Shown: in pieces, positions 1 through 13,700 of the stretch
Numbering within the stretch: the first letter of the stretch is position 1
Layout: each line of letters starts with the position of its first letter
Assembly: GCA_028826165.1 (NCBI GenBank)
Contig: JAPDFW010000044.1
Span: 656,618-720,617 of the forward strand
Length of the DNA stretch: 64,000 bases
DNA from: Anaeramoeba ignava BMAN
Lineage: Eukaryota > Protista > Anaeramoebae
Direction: 5' to 3'
The notes under the pieces: model-generated
What the model was told of the DNA's origin: nothing
Database searches by the model: none
The model's input: the letters and a program-made list of their open reading frames with translations, nothing else
Translations under genes and position numbers: made by a program

Positions 1-233
1 GATTTTAATTTTAATTTTAATTTAAATTTTAATTTTAATTTTGATTTTAATTTTGATTTTAATTTTAATTTTAATTTTAAATTTAATTTTAATTTTGATT
101 TTAATTTTAATTTTAAATTTTGATTTTAATTTTAATTTTGATTTTAAATTTAATTTTAATTTTAATTTTGATTTTGATTTTAATTTTAATTATAATTTTA
201 TAAATGAATTTTAATTTTAAATTTTAAATCTAC

Positions 234-3200
234 TTTGTGCATCTAAAACAAGAAGGATGCCAATCAGAACCCATTGCTTGAATTACTTTTCCAACAATTT
301 CTTTTCCACATCCTGTACAAAATTTTCCAAATTTTTTTGAATGACAATTTGGATGATAAGGAAATCCATCAACCATTTGAAATTGTGATTCTGAAAAAGG
401 AAGACCACAACTATTACCAAATTCAATACAAAAACAATTTCAATTAATTTTTATTTTGATTTTTATCTTAATTTTAATTTTGATTTTGATTTTAATTTTA
501 ATTTTAATTTTAATTTTAATTTTAATTTTAATTTTAATTTTAATTTTAATTTGGATTTTAATTTTAATTTTAATTTTAAATTTTAATTTTAATTTTAATT
601 TTAATTTTGATTTTAATTTTGATTTTAATTTTTATTTTAGTTTTAATTTTTATTTTAATTTTAATTTTAATTTTTATTTTAATTTTTAATCCGATTTTTA
701 TTTTAATTTTGATTTTAATTTTAATTTTGATTTTAATTTTTAATTTTTATCCGATTTTTATTTTTATTTTAATTTTAATCTAAATTTTTATCCGATTTTT
801 ATTTTAATTTTAATTTTAATTTTGATTTTGATTTTAATTTTGATTTTAATTTTAATTTTTATTTTAATTTTTATTTTAATTTTAATTTTAATTAATTTTA
901 ATTTTAATTTTAATTTTAATTATGATTTTAATTTTAATTTTGATTTTGATTTTAATTTTAATTTTATCTTAATTTTTATTTTAATTTTTATTTTAATTTT
1001 ATAAATGAATTTAAATAAGAATTTACGCTTTGCAAACAAAACATTTTCTATGAAACATAACATCCAAAGCAATTACAGCATCATTTGTAATAATTTTACC
1101 ACAAGCAGCACATATTTCTTTTCCTTTTTGTTGATTTTTAATAAATTCATCACGATCTCGAATTTGTTGTTCTCTTTTTTGTTGTATTTTTTCTATTTGT
1201 ACTTTTTTATCCTCTTTAATTTGTGATGCACATTTTGTACAAAGAAGTCTTCCTCCTTTTTCAATATAATTTCGATCAGGATTTAATTTCAGTCCACAAT
1301 GTCCACAAGTAAAACATCTTTTTTTATTTATATAATTATTTGTAAAATTATTTATATAATTATTTGTAAAATTATTTATATAATTATTTAAGTAAATTTA
1401 TAAGTAAATTTATAAATAAATTTGTAAATAAATTTTATAAATAAATTTTTAAATAAATTTTATAAATAAATTTTTATATAAATTTATAAATAAATTTTTA
1501 AATAAATTTCTAAATAAATTTTGTAAATAAATTTATAAATAATTTTATAAATAATTTTGTAAATAATTTTATAAATAAATTTATAAATAATTTTTGTAAA
1601 TAATTTTTAAATTTTATAAATTTATAAATAAATTTTTAAATAAATTTGTAAATAAATTTATAAATAAATTTTTAAATAAATTTTTAAATAAATTTTTAAA
1701 TAATTTCTATAAATAAATTTATAAATAATTTGTAAATAAATTTTATAAATAAATTTCTAAATAATTTTTATAAATAATTTTATAAATAATTTTTTGTAAA
1801 TAAATTTTGTAAATAAATTTTAAATAATTTTTATAAATAATTTTATAAATAATTTTATAAATAAATTTATAAATAAATTTGTAAATAAATTTATAAATAA
1901 ATTTGTAAATAAATTTATAAATAATTTTTTAAATAATTTTATAAATAAATTTTATAAATAATTTTGTAAATAAATTTTATAAATAAATTTATAAATAAAT
2001 TTATAAATAAATTTTAAATAAATTTCTAAATAAATTTTAAATAAATTTATAATTAAATTTCAAATAAATTTCTAAATGAATTTTATAAATAAATTTGTAA
2101 ATAAATTTTATAAATAATTTTATAAATAATTTTATAAATAATTTTGTAAATAAATTTATAAATAAATTTGTAAATAAATTTCTAAATAATTTATAAATAA
2201 ATTTTTAAATAAATTTCAAATAATTTTATAAATAATTTTATAAATAAATTTTATAAATAAATTTATAAATAAATTTCTAAATAAATTTTAAATAAATTTC
2301 TAAATAAATTTTAAATAAATTTTAAATAAATTTATAAATAAATTTCTAAATAAATTTATAAATAATTTTTATAAATAAATTTATAAATAATTTTATAAAT
2401 AATTTTATAAATAATTTTATAAATAAATTTGTAAATAATTTTATAAATAAATTTTGTAAATAAATTTATAAATAAATTTTAAATAATTTTTGTAAATAAT
2501 TTTTATAAATAAATTTCTAAATAATTTATAAATAAATTTTTTAAATAATTTTTGTAAATAATTTTTATAAATAAATTTCTAAAATAAATTTATAAATAAT
2601 TTTGTAAATAATTTTATAAATAATTTTATAAATAAATTTTAAATAATTTTATAAATAATTTTATAAATAAATTTATAAATAAATTTCTAAATAAATTTAT
2701 AAATAATTTTGTAAATAATTTTATAAATAATTTTATAAATATATTTTTAAATAATTTTATAAAATAAATTTTTAAATAAATTTCAAATAATTTTATAAAT
2801 AAATTTTGTAAATAAATTTTTATATAAATTTTTAAATAAATTTCTAACTAAATTTCTAAATAAATTTATAAATAATTTTATAAATAATTTTTGTAAATAA
2901 ATTTTAAATAAATTTTTAAATAAATTTCTAAATGAATTTTATAAATAAATTTTGTAAATAATTTTATAAATAATTTTATAAATAATTTTATAAAATAATT
3001 TTATAAATAATTTTATAAATAAATAATTTTATAAATAAATTTATAAATAATTTATAAATAAAATTTTAAAATAATTTTATAAATAAATTTTTAAATAAAA
3101 ATAAAATTTTTAAATAATTTTTTTAAATAAATTTTATAAATAATTTTTTAAATAAATTTTAAATAAATTTTTAAATAATTTTATAAATAATTTTGTAAAT

Positions 3201-4136
3201 AAATTTATAAATAAATTTTATAAAATAATTTTATAAATAATTTTATAAATAAATTTATAAAATAAATTTTAAATAAATTTAAATAAATTTGTAAATAATT
3301 TTATAAATAATTTTGTAAATAAATTTTATAAATAATTTTATAAATAATTTTATAAATAAATTTTATAAATAAATTTATAAATAATTTTATAAATAATTTT
3401 ATAAATAATTTTATAAATAAATTTTATAAATAAATTTTAAATAAATTTCTAAATAATTTTATAAATAAATTTTTTAAATAAATTTTTAAATAAATTTTAT
3501 AAATAAATTTATAAATAAATTTATAAATAATTTTATATTTAATTTTATAAATAATTTTATAAATAAATTTTTAAATAATTTTTTAAATAATTTTATAAAT
3601 AATTTTATAAATAAATTTATAAATAAATTTATAAATAAATTTTTAAATAATTTTATAAATAATTTTATAAATAAATTTTTAAATAATTTTATAAATAATT
3701 TTATAAATAAATTTTATAAATAAATTTCTAAATAAATTTTTAAATAAATTTTTAAATAATTTTATAAATAATTTTATAAATAAATTTTTAAATAAATTTT
3801 TAAATAAATTTTTAAATAAATTTATAAATAAATTTTTAAATAAATTTCTAACTGAGGATGATAAGTTTTTTGAGTAGAAGTATGAATAACTTTTCCAATA
3901 CAAAGACCACCACATCTAGTACAATAAAAATCAATATTTACACAAGAACGATGATAATATTTTCCTTGATGTTCAACAACATCTCCAGAATCAATAATCC
4001 GATTGCAACCCTCACATCGATATTGAACATTGGTTTCAACAGCAATAGGTTTTGGATCCGTTTTCCCAAGCATCGCAGAAAGTGTACTATCTGTATCATT
4101 CTTTTTAAATCTTGAACTCAAATATTCATAACTCAT
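234..4136 (-). CDS. Multi-LIM-domain (paxillin/leupaxin-like) protein; 3' end lies beyond the left window edge
   Basis: Manually spliced exons 4136-3853, 1317-1027 and 410-234 with GT-AG phase-2 introns give continuous LIM motifs: CEGC..YHRSC, CTRC..YHPQCFTCGHC..LCTKC, CAAC..FHRKCFVCKAC..YHPNC, CTGC..WHPSCFRCTK. Confidence 0.85.
440..1004. repeat. ATTTTA/ATTTTG hexamer microsatellite (LIM intron 2; same repeat at 1-230)
   Basis: Directly visible; produces the spurious ILILIL/NFNF ORFs. Confidence 0.9.
1318..3852. repeat. ~2.5-kb intron filled with a degenerate ~12-13-bp AT repeat (ATAAATAATTTT / GTAAATAAATTT)
   Basis: Visible tandem repeat between the GT donor at 3852 and AG acceptor at 1318 of the LIM gene. 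Confidence 0.9.
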
Positions 4137-4318
4137 TATTTTTTTTTTTGGAAATTTAAAAAATTTTTTTTAAAAAGAAAAAAAAAATGAAAAAAAAAAA
4201 AGCAAAAAAATATTTCATAAAATAAAATTGAAATAAATTGTTTCATTTTTTTTTTCCTTTTTTTTCTTTCTTTATTGCTTTCTTTCTTTTTAAATTTGTT
4301 ACTTTTTTTTTTTATAAA

Positions 4319-7300
4319 ATGGATATTTGGGGAATTATTCAAGCAAATAAACTCGATTCGTTAAAAAAAATTCAAACACTTTCAGAAAAACAATTAAGAA
4401 AAGATGAAAAACCTGTTTTAAATTTTGCGATCCAAAAAAAAGCAACAACGCAAATGATTTTGAACTAATTTCCAAAGGAGCCAACCCGAATTCTGTTGAT
4501 AATTTAAAGCGGAATTCACTTCAAATGGCGATTATGAACAAATCATCAAGTGAAATGATTGAATTATTGATTTCAAAAGGAGCCTCAATCAACCAAAAGG
4601 ACAAAAAAGGAAAAACAAGTGTTCATTATGCAGTAATTTATTTAGAAAACGAAAGCACAATTGAGATTGTTGAGTATTTGATAGCAAAAGGAGGCGATAT
4701 TAGGGCAAGAACAAACAAAAATGAAACAGCTTTGCATTTGGCTTGCCAGAAAAACTCTTTGAAAGTGATCCAATTCTTGATTCAAAAAGGAATCGACATC
4801 AACGCAAAAACAACCGAAAACGAAACAGCTTTACATTTTGCCTGCCAAAAAAATTCCGCTGAAGTTATTCGTTTTTTGATGGAAAAAGGAATCGACATCA
4901 ACGCAAAAACAACCGAAAATAAAACAAGTCTTCATTTTGCCTGCCAAAATAATTCCCTTGAGATCATTAAGTACTTGATTGAGCAAAAGCTCGATCTCAA
5001 AGCCAAAACAAACCAAAACAAAAGTCTTTTGCATTTTGCCTGTGAGAGTAATTCGCTTGACGTGATCCAATTTTTGATTGAAAACGGGTTCCATGCCAAT
5101 TCCCGTACAAAAAGCGATCAAACAGCGCTCCATTTTGCCTGCAAAAAAAACTCTCTTGATATCATCACCTTTTTGATTGAAAAGGGAGCAGATATAAATG
5201 CAAAAACAAAGGGGAACGAAACTGGACTTCATTTTGCCTGCCAAAAAAACTCTTTTGAGGTGATTCAATATCTGGTCTCGCAAAAAATAGATATCCACAC
5301 AAAAACCGAAGCCAAAATGACTGCACTGCATTTCGCATGCAGATACAAACCGCTTGAGGTGATAAAATTTCTGATTTCCAAGGGGCTTGACATCAACGAA
5401 AAAACGGACGAGAATCAAAACCTTTTGCATTTTGCCTGTGAGAGTAACTCTCTTGATGTGATCCAATTTTTAGTGTCAAAAGAGTTTGACATCAACGACA
5501 AAACTGACGAAAATAAAACCGCGTTGCATTTTGCGTGCGAGAACAATTCCTCGCTTCAAATTATCGAGTATCTCGTTGAGAAGGGTGGCGACATCACGGA
5601 AAAAACAAAGCAGAACGAAACAGTGCTACATTTTGCGTGCGAACACAACTCCTCGATTCAGGTGATTCAATACTTGATTTCAAAAGGAAATGAGATCAAC
5701 GCACAAACGGAAGAAAATATGACACCTCTCCATTTTGCCTGCCATAACAACTCTTTTGAGGTGATAAAGTATCTCGTTGAGAAAGGTGCAAATATCCAGG
5801 CAACAACAACATATGCAGAGACTGTGCTCCACTTTGCCTGTCAGAGTAATTCGCTTGATGTCGTGAAGTATCTTGTTGAGAAAGGTGCTGATCCAAACGC
5901 AAAAGCAGATTTCTACAAGAGATTCTCGCAAACACCGCTGCACGTTGCATGCAAGAGTAATCTTTTTGAGGTGATCGAGTATCTTGTTGAGCAGGGTGCT
6001 GAGATATTCGCCCGAACAAAATTCGATGAAACACCTTTGCACATCGCCTGTCAATACAACTCCTTAAATGTCATCCAATATTTAGTTGAACAAGATGCCG
6101 ATTACGATGCCGCGAAATTTCTCAACCAGACAGTGCTGCATCTTGCTTGCAAAAACAACTCGCTCGATGTGGTGCAGTACTTGATTGAAAAAGGCGCCAA
6201 TATAGACGCCAAAACGCGCAATGACGAAGAAACAATTCTTCATTTCGCGTGCAGAAGTAATTCGTTCGAAGTGATTGAATACTTGATTCAAAAGGGACTC
6301 GACATAAACGCCAAAACAAAAGAAGATCTGACGCCTCTGCACATTGCATGCAGAAGTAACTCCTTCAAGGTCATCAAGTTGCTAGTCGAGAAGGGAGTAA
6401 GCATCAACTCACTGACTAAGCAGAACCAAAATGCACTTCACATTGCCTGTCAAAACAACTCTTTTGAAGTGATAAGATATCTTGTTGAGAAGGGGATCGA
6501 CATCAATGCAAGAACAACCTATGGACAGACTGCACTGCATTACGCCTGTCAAAACAACTCTTTTGAAGTAATCAAGTATCTTGTTGAGAAGGGACTTGAC
6601 ATGAACGCAAAAACAAACGGAAACGAATCAACGTTGCATTTTGCTTGTCAGTTCAATACTTCATTTGAACTGATCAATCTTCTTATTGAAAAGGGTGCAG
6701 ATTGCACTGAGAAAACAAACGAAAATCAAACCGCTGTGTATTTCGCCTGCAAAAACAACCCTTCGCTAAGAGTGGTGAAGTTACTCGTTGAGAAAGGAGC
6801 AGATATCAACGAGAAAACCACAAAGAATGAAACAGTGCTTCATGTTGCCTGTCAATTCAACTCGCCATTTGAGGTGATCAAGTACCTCGTTGAGCAAGGC
6901 GTCGACATCAATGCGAAGACAAAATTCGACCAAACCGCGTTGCAATTAGCCATCCAATACAACTCTTTTGAGGTCGTTGAATATCTTATCGAGAACGGCG
7001 CGGATATCAACCAGAAAACAAGTGAAAACCAAACCGTTTTGCATATCGCTTGTCATTACAACTTGCCCCCGAATGTTATTAAGCTATTGATTGAAAAGGG
7101 ATCCAATGTCAACGCGAGAACAAACCGAAACGAAACGGCTTTGCACATCGCGTGCCAGAAAAACTCGATCGAGGTGATTGATTATTTGATCGAGAAAGGC
7201 GTGAATATCAACGAGAAAACAAACTATGATAAAACACCACTTTCCATTTCAATTGCATATCGAAACCAGAATGCAGTGAGAATTCTGCTCAAGAATAACG

Positions 7301-8098
7301 CAAATGTTTTCGAACTGAAAAAAACAGAAATCACAAAGAGAATTCGTTAGTCTATTCAAAGAGGTGTATTCGATCAACGAAGACATGTTCAAGCTCTTCA
7401 TCCGAAAAACATTTACAGACACAGAAATCGAATGCAATGACGGGTCTAAGTTTTTCGTTCACAAAATTATTCTTCTCACAAGATTTGACAACGAAGAATC
7501 GATATACCAAAAATTCGTTGAAATTTGCAAAGAAAAGCCCAAAGAAGACGTTCAATTTGCAATCAATTTTCTTTACACTGGATTCCCCCATTTTATCCAA
7601 ATTAGAAAAACAATTATGGAAGAAAAACTTGATACTTCTTATGAAATGGAAAAATTCCAGAAAGACCAGAAATCTTTGTGGAAAAAGAAAAAAACCCAAG
7701 TCAAGGCTTTATTCAAAGAAATCGGACTCAAATCCAAATGGGTTCATTCAAAACAAGGAAGAAAAGGTCTTCTCAAAGACTTGCATTCCCTTTATCATCA
7801 AGAATCAACAAAAGATTTCGCAATTCTTTTTGAAAAAGGAAAACAAATCAAAATTCATAAAATAATTTTGGTTCTGAGAAGCGATTTATACAAAGGAATG
7901 TTCCAAAGCGTAAAAAAACAATCTAATCAAGTTTACGATTATTCCGGCAAATCTTATGAATCTTTAAATCAAATGATCTATTATTTTTATCACGATGAAT
8001 TTGATGAATCAAAGCTTAATCCACATATTATTGAAGAACTCGAAAATGTGAAAGAATATTATAAATTAAATCCATCTTCAAATTTACATTTAAATTAA
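4319..8098 (+). CDS. Intronless ankyrin-repeat (~28 repeats) + tandem BTB/POZ protein
   Basis: MDIWGII start at 4319; repeats of TxLHFACxxNSxxVIxYLxEKGxDINAKT; C-terminal HKIIL...RSDLYKGMF...VYDYSGKS BTB modules; two frameshifts at or near homopolymers (~4460, ~7320-7340). Confidence 0.85.
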
Positions 8099-8203
8099 AA
8101 ATGGATTTGATTTAATTTGATTTTTTTTTTCTTTTCTTTCTTCAAAAAGAAAATTTAAGTAAAAAATAATTTCCCAAATAATAAAAAAATTTTTTTATTA
8201 TTT

Positions 8204-10630
8204 TTATTTTTCATTCTTTTTTAAATTTTCTTCAATTAATAAATCAAGAGAAGAATCTTCATTTAATTGATAAAAAATAACAGCATCATCTAATTCTTTG
8301 AAAATTTCATTTGAAATATTTTTTGGTAATTCATCATGATAAATAAAATAAACAAAAGCATTAATAGCTTCTAATGATTTTTCACTGTAATCTGTAACTT
8401 GATTTGATTTATCATTCACAGATAAAAACATGCCTCTAAAAAGCTCACTTCTTGCAAGTAAAATTAGTTTGTGAACAGGAATAAATTGATCACCAACAAA
8501 AATCCGAAAATCTTTTGATTCTTCATCTTCATATAAATTTTTTAAATCGTAAAGTATTCCATTTCTTCCAATTTTCAAAATGTACTCTTTATTTCCAATT
8601 TCCTCAAAAAATGTTTTTAATTCTTTAAAATATTTTGCTTCATATTTTCCTGTGTAAATAAAATACAATATTCTTTCTATGTCTTCCTCATTTCTAAGCA
8701 ATAAAATGTTGATGAATTTTGTAAATGGAATGTTTTTTCCAATTCTGAATTGAACATAAAGTTTGTGTATTCCTCGAATATATTTTCCTTTTTTAATTTC
8801 ATAATCTGTTAGTTCTTTTCTTTCAAACAATATTTCCATGTCTCTAAATAAGGAAATATGTGATTTTAAGTTCGGGATAATTGATTTGTTTCTTAATAAA
8901 TCAATTGGTATTTTTCCCTTTTATTTTTTTTTTTTTAAAAATTTTCAATTTAAATGAACAATTTTTTTAAAAAAAAGTTGATCATTTTTTGATTTACACT
9001 CTTTTTTTTTTTTAAGAAATATTTAAAAAAAATCTTTAATTATTTTATAAAATATTTTCTTCTTACGTTCTAAATTTTCAAATTAATAATAAGAATAAAA
9101 AATAAATAATAAAAAATAATTAATAAAAAATAATTAATAAAAAATATTTATAATATTTATAATATTTATAATATTTATAATATTTATAATATTTATAATA
9201 TTTATAATATTTATAATATTTATAATATTTATAATATTTATAATATTTATAATATTTAACATTTTTAATATCCATTTTTGCTCCATAAGAAAGTAATAAT
9301 TTCATAACATTTTCTTGTGTTTGAAAAATTATTGAAAGATGTAAAGGAGTTTGTCCCTAAATAATATAATTGAATTTATTATTTTTATTATTATTTTTTT
9401 CAATTCTAAATAAAAGAATTAATTACAGTCTAAAAAAAGAAAAAGAAAAAGAAAATTTAAAGACAAAATAATTTGAAAAGAAGGAATCTATTTGAAAATT
9501 ACTTTCTAACAAAAGGAAATTAAAATTAAAATTAAAATTTTGATTTTGATTTTGATTTTGATTTTAATTTTAATTTTGATTTTGATTTTGATTTTAATTT
9601 TAATTTTGATTTTGATTTTGATTTTAATTTTGATTTTGGTTTTGATTTTGATTTTGATTTTAATTTTGATTTTGATTTTAATTTTGATTTTGATTTTGAT
9701 TTTAATTTTGATTTAAATTTTGATTTTGATTTTGATTTTGATTTTGATTTTGATTTTGATTTTGATTTTGATTTTAATTTTGATTTTGATTTTGATTTTA
9801 ATTTTGATTTTAATTTTAATTTTGATTTTGATTTAAATTTTGATTTTAATTTTGATTTTGATTTTGATTTTAATTTTGATTTTGATTTTGATTTTAATTT
9901 TAATTCATTTTAATTTTAATTTTAATTTTGTACATTTTGAATATTTGGATCTGCTCCAGAATCAAGCAGAAGTTTTACACATTCAAAATCACATTTATGC
10001 CAACAAGCAAAATGAAGAGGAGAGTAACCCTTTTAATTATTAATTAATTTTTAATTATTAATTTTTAATTATCAATTTTTAATTATTAATTAATTATTAA
10101 TTATTAATTTTTAATTATTAATTAATTATTAATTATTAATTTTCAATTATGATTTTAAATAAAAAAAATACTTTCTAAATTATTTAAAAAAATATTTCAA
10201 ATTAAAAATTAAAAATTAAAAATTAAAAATTTAAAATTAAAAATTAAAATTACTTGCTAAATTTTTAATACAAAAAAAATTAATTGTTAAATTGATGTTT
10301 TTTTTTTTTGGTTTACATCAAATTGATTAACTAAACTTCCTGATTCTATTAATAACTTAAACGTTGGTAATTTTTTTTTGGAAATACAAGCAAAATGAAG
10401 TAAACTATAACCCTAAATTTATAATTTATAATTATAATTTAAATTAAAAATTTTATTAAAAAAAAATTACTTGCTAAATTTAAAATTTTTTTTTGGAAAT
10501 TAAATTTTTGCTTTTTATAAATAAAAATAAATAATCTAACAAATAAAATATTTATATTTTCTGAGTTAATTTGATTTTTAAGTGAAACTAAATCATCTTG
10601 AGTAAGAAATTGAAATAAAATTTGAGACAT
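8204..10630 (-). CDS. Ankyrin-repeat + tandem BTB protein, 5 exons
   Basis: Exons 10630-10541, 10412-10317 (GYSLLHFAC), 10029-9934 (GYSPLHFAC), 9356-9261 (GQTPLHLS), 8917-8204 (GKIPIDL + BTB HKLILLARSELFRGMF); all introns GT-AG, phase 0. Confidence 0.85.
9143..9258. repeat. Near-perfect 9-bp tandem repeat (TATTTATAA)n in an intron
   Basis: Directly visible; gives the spurious YYK ORF. Confidence 0.9.
9535..9930. repeat. ATTTTG/ATTTTA hexamer microsatellite in an intron
   Basis: Directly visible. Confidence 0.9.
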
Positions 10631-10711
10631 TTTATTTTTTGGAAATTTAAAAAAAAAAAAAGGAAAAAAAAAATGAAAAAAATTTTTTCATTTTTTTTTC
10701 TTTTTTAAAAA
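10631..10711. promoter_or_regulatory. 81-bp bidirectional promoter with back-to-back TTTCATTTT initiator-like motifs
   Basis: AAATGAAAA (~10671, minus-strand copy) and TTTCATTTT (~10686) between divergent ATGs; similar layout at 4137-4318, 21695-21822, 34413-34496. Confidence 0.55.
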
Positions 10712-13700
10712 ATGTTTTCTTCTTTTGAATTATTTAATATTTTTAAAAAAATTACAAATTATAAAAAAGAAGAGAAAAAAACAATTACAAATCAAATAAA
10801 TTTTTTAAAACAAACTTTAACTGAAAAAAACCAAACTAATTCAGAATTAGCAATTGAATATTTATCAACTTTAGCAATTGAATATCCAAAAATATATTCA
10901 TCTTCAAATTTTTTTCAAGATTTTACAGATTCAATTACAATTTTAAGTCATGGATCAATTTCTCTTGCAATTGAAAAATTAATATTTTCATTTCAACATA
11001 AAAAATACTCTCAAGATTTTAAATCATATTTTCCTTTTATTCAAATTTTCAATAAAAGACCCGAATGTTTTACTTTAATTGTCGACAATTTTTATCAATT
11101 TTGGATTCAAAATCAAAATCAGAATTTTTTCTTCCAATTTTTTAAACAAAATTCTCAATTATTTGCCCATATCTTTTCAAGAATCAATTTAAATCAAATA
11201 CAAAATCAAGCTGTCAAATATTTACAATCAAAAATCAATACTTTTTTAGGGAAATCACTCAATGAAGAAAATCACAAATTATTTGCTTCCTTTTTGATTT
11301 ATTCCTCAAAATTCAAGCTTCTCAAAGAATCAGAAAAAAATCAATTTGCAAAAAAAAGAATGAAAAAATATGATAATAGCAATATAAATATTGAGTTTGT
11401 GGAGCTTATTGATAATATTCTTTTGTTGGAAAATTTGCAAACACGTATTCAAACACGCATTTTTATTTTGGAAATGTGCATTTATATTGATATCAATATC
11501 CCAAATCCAGACCAATTTTCAATCTCTATTTTGCAATTATTAAAAAACTACCCACAAGAAATTCTCTCTAAACCATCAAAAGCAACACTTTATCAAATTA
11601 ATTCATATATTCTTTTATTATCTGCTCTAATTTTCATGTCAAAATCTCTTCAGGAAAAACATATATTAGTTTCTTTACTGCAGAATTTTCTTTGTGAAAT
11701 TTCACCAGAAAAAATATCCAAAACAATTTTGTTTGTTGCATTAATGCCTGTGATCGATTTTTCTTTCCATTCTCCCTCCAATTTGAAATCACAACAACTC
11801 ACAAATAAATGCTTGTTGAGAATCCAAGAACTTATTCATTCAAAAGAACAATTCCAAAAACCTCATCATCAATTTGTCACAAAATTGCTACTTGATAATA
11901 TTCATCTCAATTATTTGGCGCAAAAAATCGGATTGTATGAGATTTACCAACTTTATAATTTTTTCCACATTATCGAAAAGGCTTTTTCTGGAGATGAAAA
12001 TGTTTTATTTCCTCTTCAAAAAATGTTGCGAAAAATGGAAATGGAAAAATATTCATCAAATCTTAGCAATTTTGGTTTCTGTTGTGTATCACTTTGTATT
12101 TCATCACTTACTTTCCATCCTGATCAAAATATACGAGGCTTTGCTTTTGATACAATTCAAAATATTCTCGTTTATTTGGGAGAAAAAACAGAATTTCTGT
12201 TTCCTTTATTACTTCATCATTTGCAAAGGGAAGAAGAGCCCAAATTGACTAATTTGATCATGAATTTACTTCCGAGTTTCGCTTCCCATAAAAATTACAC
12301 GCTCCAAGTTGTTCGGAGCGTTGATACCTTTTTCACTTCAAAAAACATCTCTTTGAAATCAAGTGCATTGATTTTAGCATCCAAAATATTTGAAAGAAAC
12401 AACAGAACATTTTCCAAGCTCGAGGTTATGATTCGCAAAATTGCAGATCTACAAAATGATTTCGTAGATCAACAACAATCACTCGAGCTCAAAATTGGTG
12501 TTATTCAAGCAATAAAAATGGTGTGTCAAACAGACGAAGAAAAAGGAATCGGCTTTTTTGGACATCATCTCAAGAATGATTTATGAGGAAAAAAATCCCA
12601 GCGTATCTGCTTTAGGGATTGAGTGTGTCCAAATTCTCTGCGAAAAGGAAGAACTTGATTTCATTTTGGTTTGGAGTGTTTTATCAAGAAAATTATTTAA
12701 AACTGAAGAAAATTTAATAAATATAACAAAATTAACGGAATTGGATGGTTTGATTCTTGAAAAATTGGCAAGTTTATGGGGATGTGGAGCTGAAGTAAAA
12801 GTAGAAATACCCGATGAATCTCGCCAAATTGAAGCGAGTGAAAAATACATTATTGTGAAAAATATTCTTGATCTTTTATGGGAATGCATCAAAAACGATT
12901 ACCCTCTTTATATTCGCGAATCAAGTTGCAAATCACTGGAAACATTTTTGCTAGTCAATGAGAAAATGTTTTTCCATTCGCTTCTTGATTTCGAGGATTT
13001 TGATGAAAAAATTACTTTGTTGTTTGAAGGAGTTTATAATTCAAAAACAGAAAATTTTTCTTCATTATGCGCCAATCTAATCAACCACGAGTATAAAGTC
13101 ACACGAGGATATAGAAACCAAGAAGACACATCAAGATCTCAAGAATCACTTACAAAAGCCATGAAAATCCTCAAGGAAATATCATCATTAGTATACCAAA
13201 AATATTTAGATTCAAACAACACTATTTGCCAAGGAATTATTTTTATTGACCCCATTTTATTATTAAGAAGGGAAAACAACCCTTCAATGGATTTTTCTTT
13301 GTCGGATTTAACCAATGATTTAGTTTGCAATGATTGGATTTTGCAATTTTTTGGTTTTTTTGGATGGCCGCTTTTTATGAAAAGATATACTGATTCTCAA
13401 ATTGAGAATAATACCCAAAAATCAGGATTTGATTTGAAGGATAATTTGGAAGCGATAGAATCGATTTTTGAGGAATTAAAGCAGACTGAAAAAACACAAA
13501 AAAATAACTCAAAATCAGTCAATTCAATGATGGCCATTTCATCGCTTTCATATTCGTTTTTTTCATCACTTAATTCTGGGTTTTTGAATATGGAATACAA
13601 CGCAAAACTTGATGATATTTATCATTTTATGATGGATGTTTTCCAGAATCAAGAAACAGATGGATCATTAAAAGAATCTGTTTTGCTGGGATTGAGTTAT

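Noticed and set aside
456-1226. ILILIL/NFNF ORFs and similar ones at 3679, 9120, 9840, 23900, 30959-31681, 32265
   Set aside because: Translations of microsatellites in introns or antisense to real exons
4831-6349. Antisense ORFs within the ankyrin gene (and within the focadhesin-like, TPR, COPA and RNF213-like genes)
   Set aside because: Shadow ORFs from repeat periodicity and codon bias; no recognisable domains
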